From assembly GCF_001194135.2 (NCBI RefSeq), contig NC_068996.1:14391583-14446932 (forward strand): a stretch of 55,350 nucleotides of DNA. Reading direction: 5' to 3'. Position numbers and translations under genes: made by a program. Below are positions 23,600-35,539 of the stretch, piece after piece. The DNA is from Octopus bimaculoides. Lineage: Eukaryota. The number at the start of each line of letters is the position of its first letter. The first letter of the stretch is position 1. The notes under the pieces are model-generated. The model did not search any database. It worked only from the letters and a program-made list of their open reading frames with translations, and was not told where the DNA came from.

Positions 23600-26500
23600 A
23601 GGATACAGAGATATTAACAAAGTAGGGGACTGAAGTGAAAGTGGCCCCTCTTCAAACTATCCAAACAGACGTTCTGAAAAGAACAATAGTGATTAAAACA
23701 TACAGCGTGGAAAAAAAAAGAAAATTATGTTAATGAAAAAAAGAAAGAAATGCTTAGAGCCGATATGGCACGAAGTAAAGTACGTAACGCGTGGAAAAAG
23801 GTATGCAACAACAAAGGTTTGAATGGAGTCGGCCGAGAAGACGAAACTCGGTGGAGCCATTGCGAATACAGGTGGTGGTACTCCTTCCCATATATATGGG
23901 GAGAACCTTGAGAGTGAAAATTGTAAACGTCCCGCCGGAGTTGAATGCCGAATGGCTGGTAGCAGCGGTTATATATGACCTGAAAGATGAAATAACGCTG
24001 CTATCAGCCGAGGTGGATGAGCCAAATAAACTGGACGGGACAGACGATTAAGATGCTCATACCAGCGGAGCCGCTGACCCTGGAAAAAATTCCAGAGGTT
24101 ATAGAAGTAATGGACACCAAACTGGTAGTGATGGTAAAGGGGAGGAAGCCCCGTTGTTTTAAATGCAGATTAAAAGGTCATGTGTGGTCGGATTGTAAGA
24201 AAGAAACAGAAAAAAGTGAGAAGGAAGACGACCAAGAGGAGAGCGAACCAAAGAAAAACAGAAGCAGAAAGGAAACTGAGCGTCAGAAAACAGCAAAGAT
24301 GGGGAAGGTTGGAAAATGATCAAAACCAAAAGGAAAATTAAAATAACCTTCTCAGAAAAGGCACCAAGAGAGATAAAGAAAAAAAGGCTAAAAACATGAA
24401 CAAAAGGAGGGATCTGTATATGGCAGTCAGGGTATCTAACAGAGAATTAATGAACCGTTTAATGTGAAAAAGAAATGGAGAAAATTGAAAAAGACGATGT
24501 GAGGGAGGGATTCGAAATCTACAAAGTAGATAGACAATATTTTTTACAATAATTATAGAAAGGATGTCGGACCTCTTAGATGGGATATTTCACCCCAAAT
24601 TTACGATGGACTATGCACTCCGACCCCACAATGCCGCGAAAAACAAAAAGACAGTCCCCTCCGCCGCAAAATGGAGATGAGCTAACCTACGAAGAGAAGA
24701 CTTATGGCAGTTCACGTAGGATGTTTGAATGTGCGTGGCCTGACGGCGAGCTGGAAGCAAAAGCGTTTCGTAAACGACGTCAGATCACGTAAGTTAGATG
24801 TTATTATTGCTACTGAAACCTGGGTAAAGGGGCCAAGAGGTCCGCTCCTGGACGGTCACGAGAAATTTATTTCTCCAGGCCGGCCTGCAGGCGGGAGATG
24901 GGGTGTGGTCCTACTAAAAAGAAACTGGGTTTCAGAGAAAAAGTTTTTTTTTTTTTTTTTTTTCTGACCCAGAAGATAAACTGGTCGTTTTAGATTTGAC
25001 TTCCAGTTGTGATAAGGAAGTCAGACTGGTGGCAATTTACGCCCCCAATTCTGGTCAGACTGGGTATTTTCGAGACCTAGAGAAGTTTCTTGGTACATCG
25101 CATCCGTTAGTTTTGTTTGGAGACTTTGACACTAATTACGATGCACGCGTGGATAGTGTTGGCTCGAATTCGAATAGAAGGGATCTACTAAGTCGCTTTG
25201 AGCTCGTAGATCCATACAGACTGGAAGTCCCGAACGCCCCACAATGGACGTGGTTAAGTGGCGACGGGTCTTCAAGGTCTTATATAGATAAGATTCTAAT
25301 TAGAAATAAAGACATACTTAAGTGTCCACAATTTCACCTGGTCAGCTACAGTGATCACAAGTTTGTCACCTGTAAGCTGAATCTAGATAAGTTACATAGT
25401 AGAGGCTCCGGCTCCTAGAAACTCAATGAGTCCCTTTTGGCGATTGAGGACTACAGGAACCGGATTAAGTTGTTGATACAGAGGGCATTGACAGGTACCA
25501 TCATTAACTATAAATGGTGGTACGCCCTAAAAAGAGCCATTAAATTTGAGTCTATTAGATATAGCATAGATTTAGTGGATAGAGAACGTAGGAGGCAAGT
25601 AGAAGTAGCTAAGTCCCTAGAGGAAGCCATGGTGACTGGCAGTGCATCTCAGGTGAAGGCGAAGAGACTGGAATTAAACCAGCACCTCAAAGCCAAAATC
25701 ATGGAGTGTATTGTCAGGGCTAGACTTCGTGCAATGGGTTGCGAGGGGATCAGAGCCGCTGGATGGGCGCGAGTGGTAGAATCCCAACGTGGAAATGATT
25801 CCACAATTCGATTTTTGGAGAACCTACCAGATGAGTTGGTAAACGAACCCGGGATGATGTGTGAGACTTTTCAGGCGCACTTCGACCAGCTTTTCGGTGG
25901 GAGCGATGGACTGGATAGTAGGTTGGACTTTACGGACTTCCTCGCCGGGCTGCCGTGTTTCTTGGGGTGGGATGTGGTGTACTGTGGAGGGTCGATCACA
26001 CCTGGGGAGGTGATAGAGGCTATAGTGGACTGCGGCGTTGGTAAGGCGCCAGATCTTAATGGTCTGCCGTACGAATTGTATAAAAGTATGCCAGACTTGT
26101 TCGGCCACATATTGGCCGGGGTTTACGCGAACTGGCAGCAGAAAGGGATGATTCCCAGATCTGTGCGCCGGGGAGTGGTAACTCTGGTCAGAAAGGACCC
26201 GGACAAAGAGGATACAATAGATAATTTTAGGCCCATCACTGTTAAATACAGAGTTGAATATTTTGGCCAGTGTGTTAGCAAAAAGATTGGCGCGTGTCGC
26301 GGATGGTCTGATCGGCAAGGCACAGACTTGTGCTGTCCCCAACAGAAGCATCCAGGATAATCTCCATCTTATACCTTACACCTTAGAGGGGTTTGGTAAC
26401 GATTCTGGCAAGGGTAGGGCTTTGGTCCATTTAGACCAATCCAACGCATTCGATAGGGTTGATCATCGCTACCTGGTGTCCGTTCTCGCACAGTTCGGGC

Positions 26501-28260
26501 TGTGTCTTGGCTTCCTCAGGTAGATCATACAATTGTACGAGAACATTGACTCGATCGTTCGCGTAAACAGCTTTTTTTCGAAGCCATTCTGCATCAAACG
26601 TTCGGTGGTTCGCCAAGGATGTCCACTTACCAATTTTGTACGTGATAGCTCTTGAGCTGTTGCTGCGAAAGCTGAGTGGCATCCCGACGAATCCAGGCAG
26701 TAAGTATGATATCATCATCATCGTGACCAAAATGGAACACCTACAGAGGGTAGGCGAAACCATCAAGACTTATGTGACGGTGGCAGGAGCAAGGATTAAA
26801 CGGTAAAAATCAGTCGGCTTGCAGCTCGGCACCTGGAGGAGTAAATCGATGCCTTCGAATAGCGTCGTGGGAGGTTGGACGGAGGGCCCGGTTAAGTTGC
26901 TAGGAGTCTGGTTTGGCCCAGATCTCCAGGAAGAAAAGAACTGGACTGAAGTATCAAACAAGGTGACCCTCGTAGTCAAGACTTGGTCTTGGCGGTGGCT
27001 ATCCTTGAAAGGGAGGGCGGAGGTGGCCAATGTGTTCATCGCATCGGTCATCATTTACCGCCTAACCGTTGTTCCTTGTCCAGCTTCGTGGCTGAGCAAG
27101 TTGGAGAGACAGATCTTCCGCTTCTTGTGGAAGGGCTCGACTCCACTTGTGAGGCGATCTATCTGCTGTCAAAAACCGTTAAAGGGTTAAAGGGTTAAAG
27201 GTTAAACCGTTAAAGCCTTGGCTGTTGATGTGCAAACATGCGTTGAGGTTGAGGTACCTCTGGCTTTACCTGGATGGTGAACGGGTGAAGTCTCCACTTG
27301 CGAAACGGATGTTTCCCAGGTTCATTAGTCTTTGGGAAACATCCGTTTCGTCGAAGATCGAGGTTGGGTGCATGGTATACGAAGTGCCGCAAGACCCTTC
27401 TACTGTTCCGTCGCTCGGGTAGTGCCAGCGGTTTTGGTACCACCGCCTCTTTCTTTAGCAGGTTGGTTGAGGTTGGAAACGATGATGCCCTGGAGGAGAC
27501 CCTGGGTCTCGATGATAACTAGTTAGTCTGTTCCGAAGGACAAAGGACTTCCAAAAATCTCTGGCCTGGCAATGTTATCTAGGAGCCTTATCTGTTCGGG
27601 ATAAGCTCACCAGACACAGCCAGCCTGGTCCATCGGCCTGTTCAAGATGTGAGCAGGATAGGGAAACCGTCTTGCACGCTATTGTTTAGTGTCCAGAAGT
27701 GTAGACATATGCGGAACACCTGTTGACGGGTTTAAGATCTCAGCTGTCGTCTGAGTCAATTTTAGAAACTGACCCACCTGATTTCCTCACGAAAAAAAGA
27801 ATTACTTTCTCGCAGTAATATCAAATGCGAAAGAGGCGATATGGAAGACGAGAATGAAAGGAATGGCGACAGGCAACTTCATCTCCGGTTGGTGAGATTC
27901 TTCACCTTTCACCTGAAAAGGAAAATGAGGCTGGAGAGAAAATGCTTGTCGGATAGGATGTTTAAAGACAGATGGATGCGTGTAGCGAGGATGGTGGATG
28001 TGAAAGACTCCTTGTGAACGTGACATAAGGTTGAGCAAAAAGGTACTGGTAGCAGAACAGGGCTCGTAGGGTCGGAGGATAACCTGGATTTTTTTTATCT
28101 CATTGTGCATGTGTAATTTTGTCTTTCGTATTGTATTTCATCCGACTGTAATTCATTCGATTTTATTGAAAACGTTTATAATTTTTTATCATTTGTGTCT
28201 GACCCCAATCAGGTTGTGCTGTTCTCTCTATATTGGCCCCCTGTGGGCAATAAAGAAACA
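23600..28260 (+). mobile_element. Near full-length decayed L1/Tx1-clade LINE
   Basis: ORF1 remnant with CCHC knuckle (RCFKCRLKGHVWSDC). ORF2 from 24704: APE (GCLNVRGL, ETW, IYAPN, GDF, SYIDKI, SDH), RT (FRPIT, ILASVLAKRL, LDQSNAFDRVDH, RQGCPL) and a C-terminal C-ET-H-C zinc motif. 3' end with aataaagaaac. Several stops and frameshifts. Confidence 0.9.
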
Positions 28261-28599
28261 AATTTTGTCTCCCAACTAGTTAGCTCTTATTATTCAAAAG
28301 GATCCCAGACATGTGGATATTTGATTTCTTACATCATGTAAAGCTCTGGTTGCACCATCTATTCTAAATAAATTTTATTATGGTAGACAGGTTTCATCTT
28401 ATACACACTCAACGCGCTAAAGGTTAATGTAAAATGGAGCTAACTAAGGATTGCCTGATATCTCGAAAACCGCTTACGATATTCTTCGTAACTTTCGCTA
28501 TCTAGTCTTGAACGATAACCTTCCTAGGAGACAGAAATCCAAAGAAAATTCATAATTGTAATAGTATTGTTGTTAGTATTAGTAAAGAAAAACAAAAAA

Positions 28600-28980
28600 G
28601 GCAGCGATCTGGTAGTCGTTAGCCAGACAAAATGCTTAGCGGCATTTCCTCCCTCTTTATGTTCTGAGTACAAATTCTGCCGAGGTAGACTTGGCTTTTC
28701 ATATTTTCGGGGTCGATAAAATGAGTACCACTTGAATATTGGTGTCGTTATAATCAACAAGCTCCCCACACACATACAACTCTGCTATGATACCAGACTT
28801 TGTACATAAAAGAAAAACTATTTAGGGAGGCGAACTGGCAGAATTGTTACCGCACCGTCGTCTTTATGTTGTAAGTTCAACATCAACGACGTCGACTTGG
28901 CCGTTCATCTGTTCAGATTTGATAAAATAGGTACCAGTGAGCGGCTACCTCAGAATTGCTGGTCTTATACCAAAAATATT
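28600..28980 (+). mobile_element. Two tandem degenerate family C SINEs (about 28600-28775 and 28826-28980)
   Basis: Both carry the CORE-like motif (ttttcggggtcgataaaatgagtacc; gataaaataggtaccag) after a family C head. Confidence 0.7.
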
Positions 28981-29169
28981 TATTACTAGCGTTCACTAAC
29001 ACAAAATTTGTCACCTCCGTCTGGATACTTGATTTTAGCCATTAGGCATGCAGCTGCTTTACGTGGAGACAAAATCTGGTTTCATGAATTAAATGGGAAA
29101 AATATCTGAATTGACTGTGATAATATTTTGCTAATACTTAAAAGAAATTCGAAAAGGTTATTTTAAGTA

Positions 29170-30150
29170 AATTTATTTCGAATATGCAACTCACCCGAAA
29201 GAAGAATCGACCAAAAGAATAAGCAGGTTTTAAGATAGAATTCTCTACTGTTGATACATTCAAGTTGTCAGTCGACTGCAAGAGGAGGCGAACGAATATA
29301 ACATCTCTTTCTGCTTTGCTTATATTTACTATGAGAAACCCTTCGACTCCAATGAATTCACACCGATCCTTACGGCATAGAAGAACCGAAGTATAGACCC
29401 CTACCTACATTGCAATACAGAAAGATCTTTACAAAGGTGCAGCATCAGCCCTCGGGCTACACCAATACAGTGATAAATAGGACCTAGCTGGAAAGAGGAG
29501 CAAGGCAAGTGGAAAACATCTCACCGAATTTGTTTATACCGTTCCTACAAGATGCAATCATCAACAAAATCTGATGGGGCGAGAAGGGCATCAACATTGA
29601 CGGAGAACAACTATGCCACCTTGGAATTGCAACATCAACAGTATGCATGCATGTATGTATGTATGTATGCATGCATTTCTCATGCATATACATACGTACG
29701 CACGTACCTGTGTATGGGCATACCTACAAAATCAGGGCTAGCTCAAGGTACCGACAACCCTGCAGTCGCTCGGGGCACCATGTGCTAGGGCAGCGCTACT
29801 CTAAGTGGTGGTCCTCAGACCGGTGCCGGTACGCGGCGAGTTTTCACAAAAGAAAGAAACATAAATTTGCTTAGAAAATATTGTATAATGTGCTTACAAA
29901 ATAAATTTAAGATTTTAAAAAATTGTCAGCTTTTATTATATTCATTATATATATTAATATTACCGGTCCCTGATACATTGGGGGGGAAAAGCTGCCGGTA
30001 CGCCACATCAGTTTGAGAAGCACTGCTGGGGGACGCCAGGGAGGGCATGACGAAGACAAGGAAATTTTCACGACCGTCAGCTTGTACACACCGGGGCGTC
30101 AGCAACCCAAGGGCCGGCCTTATACACAAGTAGTGAAACACGGTCCCACA
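29170..30150 (+). mobile_element. Decayed RTE LINE RT fragment
   Basis: Segments read AGFKIEFSTVD, ERGARQVENISPNLF...LQDAIINKI and a 3' PKGRP, matching RTE RT (QAGFR...RGxRQGDxISPKLF). Interrupted by microsatellite and a MITE. Confidence 0.65.
29791..30025. mobile_element. hAT (Charlie-like) MITE
   Basis: Imperfect TIRs cagcgctactctaagt / agtttgagaagcactg. No clean 8-bp TSD. Confidence 0.65.
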
Positions 30151-30218
30151 CAACACCAATCACAAACAAATTCGTTCTATTTTATCTTTATTCTTTTTTC
30201 AACAATGATTATCCTATA

Positions 30219-30646
30219 GGCGCAGGAGTGGCTGTGTGGTATGTAGCTTGCTTACCAACCACATGGTTCCGGGTTCAGTCCCACTGCGTGGCACCTTGGG
30301 CAAGTGTCTTCTACTATAGCCTCNNNNNNNNNNCTGCGTGGCACCTTGGGCAAGTGTCTTCTACTATAGCCTCGGGCCGACCAAAGCCTTGTGAGTGGAT
30401 TTGGTAAATGGAAACTGAAAGAAGCCCGTCGTATGTATATGTGTGTTTGTGTGTCTGTGTTTGTCGCTGCAACATCGCTTGACAACCGATGCTGGTGTGT
30501 TTACGTCTCCGTAACTTAGCGGTTCAGCAAAAGAGACCGATAGAATAAGTACTAGGCTTACAAAGAATAAGTCCTGGAGTCGATTTGCTCGACTAAAGGC
30601 GGTGCTTCAGCATGGCCGCAGTCAAATGACTGAAACAAGTAAAAAA
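30219..30646 (+). mobile_element. Family A SINE
   Basis: Complete copy with a 10-N gap flanked by a duplicated 40-bp segment. Confidence 0.9.
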
Positions 30647-30739
30647 GTATGTTTATTTAAATACAAAGAAACTACAAAAAAGAAAGAAAAGGTGCAGAGT
30701 AAAGGAGGGGAAGGTCGATGTGCCATATCTCCCAGAGTA

Positions 30740-31152
30740 AATGGTGTGCTTAGCCCGCTCCCCACGGTAATGACCTCGATAGCGTTGCCGCGGTAAATGA
30801 CCAGCAACATTCGCTGCACCAACCACGTCACTTCGCGAGGCTCATTTCTCCAACAGGCCGCTGTTATCCCTATTTTGCAGAGGAAATCTATAGGACGGGG
30901 TTCTAGAACACCTAACGTCTCGACAGCAACTGACACAGACTGAAAGCGGACAGTCAGGCCTTTGTATCTATAGATTTTTCTCTTCTCCGTGTCACTGGCG
31001 GTGGCACCCAGATTTCCAGGCGATCCTGCAAGGTTGGAACCAGAGAACATGTTGCTGCACGTCATGTCCCAGACTAGTGATCTGCCTCCCACTAAAGGGA
31101 ATAGAATTATTAGGTGTGTCGGGGAAAATCGATCCACGGCATTGTTCGGCAA
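30740..31152 (-). mobile_element. CRE-clade non-LTR retrotransposon, C-terminal REL endonuclease fragment
   Basis: ORF 30622-31152 contains GRSLVWDMTC...EKRKIYRY...VAVETLG...QRMLLVIYRGNA, matching CRE-type GxxLVWDxTC...KxxKY...VETxG...QRxSxAIQRGNA. Confidence 0.75.
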
Positions 31153-31469
31153 TTTTTGTTAACAAATTATCTATTTTTTTTTTCGTCAGCTAAACAATGA
31201 AATTACACTATCACACCCACACACACACGTTTTTATATTTTCACGTATCACTTGTGTTGTAAGGTGTGGGATTTCGACCTAATTTGTTGGCCTTTTCCCA
31301 AGCATAGCGATTATACTAGGAATACATATCCAAAACAGGCGCTGATGTCGCTAAAAGCCAGTGGGCTTATTAAAAAATACATGTATACATACGACAGCAA
31401 AGCACACACACATACACGTGTTTTGTTATTGTATGTATACGCGTATGTGCACGTATGTGTGTAGGTATA

Positions 31470-32727
31470 CAGGGTGGGGATTGAAAGACAGTGTATGACC
31501 AATTAGTTTATTGGAAGTCATGACAATTTATTTGCCACAAGAAAATTTACATAATAGAAAATGTTTTTATTCTATGTGTCCTCCTTCTTTCTCAATAACT
31601 GCCTTCACACGCTTCCTGAAACTTGCACAAGTGTTCCTCAAATATTCGAGAGACAACTTCTCCCATTCTTCTTTAATAGTGTCTTTAAGAGAGTCGACAT
31701 TGCTGTGTGATGTTCTATTGGTAGCATGTTCTAAAACGCCCCAAGTAGCATAATACAGAGGGTTTAGATCTGGGCTCGAAGGCGGCCATAAACATGATTC
31801 CAAAAAATTGCTAAAGTTGGATTTGCAGAAATCTTGCATTTTTCTAGTTGTGTGGGCTGGAGCACAATCTTGTGTCCATACATAATTACCATCTGGGTAG
31901 TTTGCTTTAAGCCATGGCAATACCTGGTATCTCAGAGTCTTGTAGTAAGTATTAACATTCATCCTTTCATCAGCTTTGTAGAATTTTATAGGCATTTTCT
32001 CTCCATCGAAAGCCACAACACCAAAAGCCATAACTTGAGCAGGATGTTTTGTTTTGAATGTCCCCTTAACCTCAGCTGTCTATTTTGTGATAAATCTGTC
32101 ATTTCTGCGGTTCAGAACAGCATCCACGGTGAAGATCTTTTCATCTGAAAAGATCGTGACAATGGAGGACTTTTTCTTGAACCATGTAATAATTTTCTTG
32201 CACCTTTCCAATCTGTTTTCCTTCATAGCCGTTGTCAACAAGTGTTTTGGTGTTCTTGTGTAAGATTCTAACCTCAAATCATATTTTACTGCATTTCTAA
32301 TGGTCTTGTTGTCTACCTCAAGTTCAATTGCCATTTTTCTCATGGATTTGGTTGGATCCTTTAGGATTTTGGATTTGAGAGCTTTAAGAAAAACTTTGGT
32401 ACGTTTTTTGTTGATTCCTCCACTTCCAGACTTCCTCGTAGTAGTTTTTCTCATAGCCATTCTATTCTTTACATTATAAAGTCTTTATGGACACTCCAGC
32501 TATTCTTGAAATCTCTTTTGGTGTGACGAGTGCATTCAGCAAATCACACACTCTTTGACATTTGCTTTCCTGATTACTCACATGGGCAAAAGTTTCTAAA
32601 AAGATAAGGATAATAGTGTTAGGTATGATTCTGACATCAATATATGCTAGGTTTCAAAACAATTGACTTAGTGCTTGCTGAGAAAAAACAACTTAACTTT
32701 CATTGTAAATTTTGCTTCCCCACCCTG
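31470..32727 (-). mobile_element. Tc1/mariner superfamily, maT (DD37D) transposon, near full length, inactivated
   Basis: Termini cagggtgggga on both ends with TA TSDs (31468-31469, 32728-32729). Transposase IFSDEKIFTV...QDCAPAH-WPPSSPDLNPLYY has 37 residues between the second D and the third catalytic position. ORFs 32080-32460 and 31567-32031 are in frame across one TAG. Confidence 0.9.
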
Positions 32728-33749
32728 TATATGTTAATTTTTGTGTGCGTAACTGTGTGTACAAGTGTATATATGCGTAGGTTCCCTGCCCTCTTTGTCT
32801 ACTTCAAAGAACCCTTGTCAATCGTTTCAGTAACAACCTTAATTTTGTTTACAACCCCTAGTTTCATCTTACAACCCTTTGTGAGGTCAAACGATATCAT
32901 ACTTCCCCTCCTTTTTCTACCCTTTCTCTCTCTATCTCTCCTACCTACTTCCCTCATTCCGGCCCTTGTAACTAGTTCTTTAATATAAACTTAGTAACTG
33001 CTTAAGCTACTCATCTCCTCACGAATTCCGGTCGATTGAGTGCCTGGCACTATGTTCTGTTCTATGTGAAGTTCTAATTGGTAATTCTTACCTGTATTCA
33101 CCTGATGAAAACTTTTTTTTCCCCGCATGATGTAACACTTTTTTTTTAATCAATAAAGAACATGTCTGAAACATATGTAGTGAACTGCAACCAATTTGTT
33201 ATCTATTCTACACCTAACTCAGAACCTTCCTTACATTTGGATCTAGTGTCTATAGTCAACATGGAATATGTGCAGTGGGTGTACCTCTGTATGACTTTGA
33301 TGATGCATTTTGTATTCAGTGAGTTGCTTGTGAATGTATATATAACAGGAAAGAGAAATGTGTTTTCACTTTTTGTGAATACGTACAGAATTACCTCGCT
33401 TTACAAGACCCTGGGTTTACGAGTTTATTTTTCAAGCACAAGATCCAAATTTTAAACGAAGTGTAAAACTTTCTACAACCATAACAAATGCTTCTGCATG
33501 TTACCGAGAAATTTATAGGCTGGGGGGAAAAAAGCTTCAAAGCAAATAACTCTAGACTTGTTTTTTAAAAAAGAAGTCTACAAGTCAGTCTGCGAGTGCT
33601 TGTAAATCGGTGATCACATTTACAAGTGATGGTTTGTGTGAATCTAGTTTAAGAGATTCAGAAAACGATTATAATATTTTTTGTTATAAATGATTTTGAC
33701 ATTCTTTTTACTTTACCTAAAATATTCTTTACATTCTACTGTTGTTTTA

Positions 33750-34110
33750 TTGCATGGCTGTCTGGTAAGATGTTTGCTTCCCAACCATATAGAATTATTG
33801 GTCCAGTACCACTGCACGGCACCTTTGGCAAGTGCCTTCTACTACAGCCTTGGCAAGTGCCTTCTACTACAGCCTTGGCAAGTGCCTTCTACTACAGCCT
33901 TGGCAAGTGTCTTCTACTACAGCCTTGGGCTAATCAAAACCTTGTGAGTGGATTTGGTATGCAAAAACTGAAAGAAGCCTGTCATATTCTTTTACTTGTT
34001 TCAATCATTTGACTGTGGCCATGCCTTAAAGGGTCTTGGTCAAAGAAATTGACCCCAGAACTTATTCTTTGTAATCCTAGTACTTATTCTCAGTTTCTTT
34101 TGATAGAAAT
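33750..34110 (+). mobile_element. Degenerate family A SINE with internal 25-bp x4 tandem amplification (33824-33923)
   Basis: cttggcaagtgccttctactacagc x4 within a SINE A head and body. Confidence 0.8.
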
Positions 34111-34254
34111 GAAGACGGACAAAATATTGCTAAGCATTTTGCCTGGCATACTAACAATTCTACCCCAGTCACTGCTTTATATTCTACATAAAATGGTTTC
34201 AAATTTTGGAGCAAGTTCAAGGAAGAGGAGTAAGTCAACTACATAGATAAAATA

Positions 34255-34410
34255 AATACCAGTAAAACATTGGTTTTACTGGTATTTATTTTATCAACTC
34301 CGAAAGGCAAAGTTGACTCTGGCTAAATTTGAACTCAGATCGTAAAGATGAATGAAATTCCATTAAGCATTTCGTTCAATGTACTAACGATTGTGCCAGC
34401 TCACAGCCTT
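34255..34410 (-). mobile_element. Degenerate family C SINE
   Basis: ggtatttattttatcaactccgaaaggcaaagttgac...gaactcag...ctaacgattgtgccagctc is the reverse complement of the family C head and core. Confidence 0.7.
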
Positions 34411-35095
34411 ATATATATATATATCTTACAGATCATAAAACACAACACGATATGTTTTCTATTGGTCATGCTGGTAGAAGGAGATTACAACAGCAAAAGG
34501 AGTGGGAGTTAGTGACAGAGACACTAAGTGAATGCAAACTGTGATGCGAGCTTTTGTGTTCTGTAGTAACTGATATTCTAATCATAATGAAACTGCAAAA
34601 TTTTATCCTAAGTTATATTTAGTTTATCAATATCACACGTCCAGATCTATTCTATTTGGCTCACACTTTTCAGAAGAGCAATACCAAAATTATCTACTTT
34701 GCAAAGTTACAAGTAAAAATGTATTCAACAATTTCAAATTAATCTATATGGAAAGAAAAATGGTTGATTAGAAGTGCTAAGCTAAATAAGTTATTCTGCT
34801 AGCCATGTTTATTTAGTTTAGGAAAAAAAAAACTGTTTGGCGTGATAAAGGTTATGATGATTTAAATAATCTATATATGGCCATGAATGTTCTCAAAGAT
34901 AGACAAAATCATTGAGAGACTTGAAAATATTTGGGAATGTTTGGATAGACTGGTACTCTGCAACAGGTATGCTGTGGCACGATGGTGTGCTGCAGTGTAA
35001 CCTGAATGTAATTGTTTTTAGTTCAGGTGTGCCACCAAATTTTGAAAACAAGTGAAAGAGAGTGGCGGAGCACTGGGATAGACTCATAATTAGAT

Positions 35096-35530
35096 CTTTA
35101 CTCTTTTACTTGTTTCAGTAATTTGACTGTGGCCATGCTGGAGCACCACCTTTAGTCGAGCAAATCGACCCCAAGACTTATTCTATGTAAGCCTAGTACT
35201 TATTCTATCGGTTTCTTTTGCCGAACCGCTAAGTTATGAGGATGTAAACACACCACCATCGGTTGTCAAGCGATGCTGGGGGGGGGGACAAACACAGACA
35301 CACAAACACNNNNNNNNNNACAGACACACAAACACACACACACACACACATATATATACATATATACGACAGGCTTCTTTCAGTTTCCGTCTACCAAATC
35401 CACTCACAAGGTTTTGGTCGGCCTGAGGGTATAGCAGAAGACACTTGCCCAAGGTGCCACGCAGTGGGACTGAACCCGAAACCATGTTGTTGGTAAGCAA
35501 GCTACTTACCACACAGCCACTCCTACGCCT
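35096..35530 (-). mobile_element. Family A SINE
   Basis: Complete reverse-complement copy. Confidence 0.9.
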
Positions 35531-35539
35531 ATAGATCTG

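Noticed and set aside
24944-24963. T20 tract as an intrinsic terminator or processed insertion
   Set aside because: It is best explained as a homopolymer expansion that frameshifts the LINE endonuclease. There is no preceding hairpin or TSD.
25437-26360. 307-aa ORF, and the antisense 175-aa ORF at 25824-26351, as host genes
   Set aside because: The sense ORF is an internal piece of Tx1 ORF2. The antisense ORF is its shadow frame.
27181-27205. Interstitial telomeric repeat (ttaaaggg x2-3)
   Set aside because: The unit is not TTAGGG and copies the adjacent LINE sequence.
30284-30373. 40-bp direct duplication inside a SINE
   Set aside because: Identical copies flank a 10-N gap, which is typical of an unmerged contig overlap.
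32770-33170. Possible LINE 3' end or hammerhead (cctgatgaaaac...caataaagaac)
   Set aside because: No stem II or downstream GAAA, and no recognisable coding remnant. Left unassigned.
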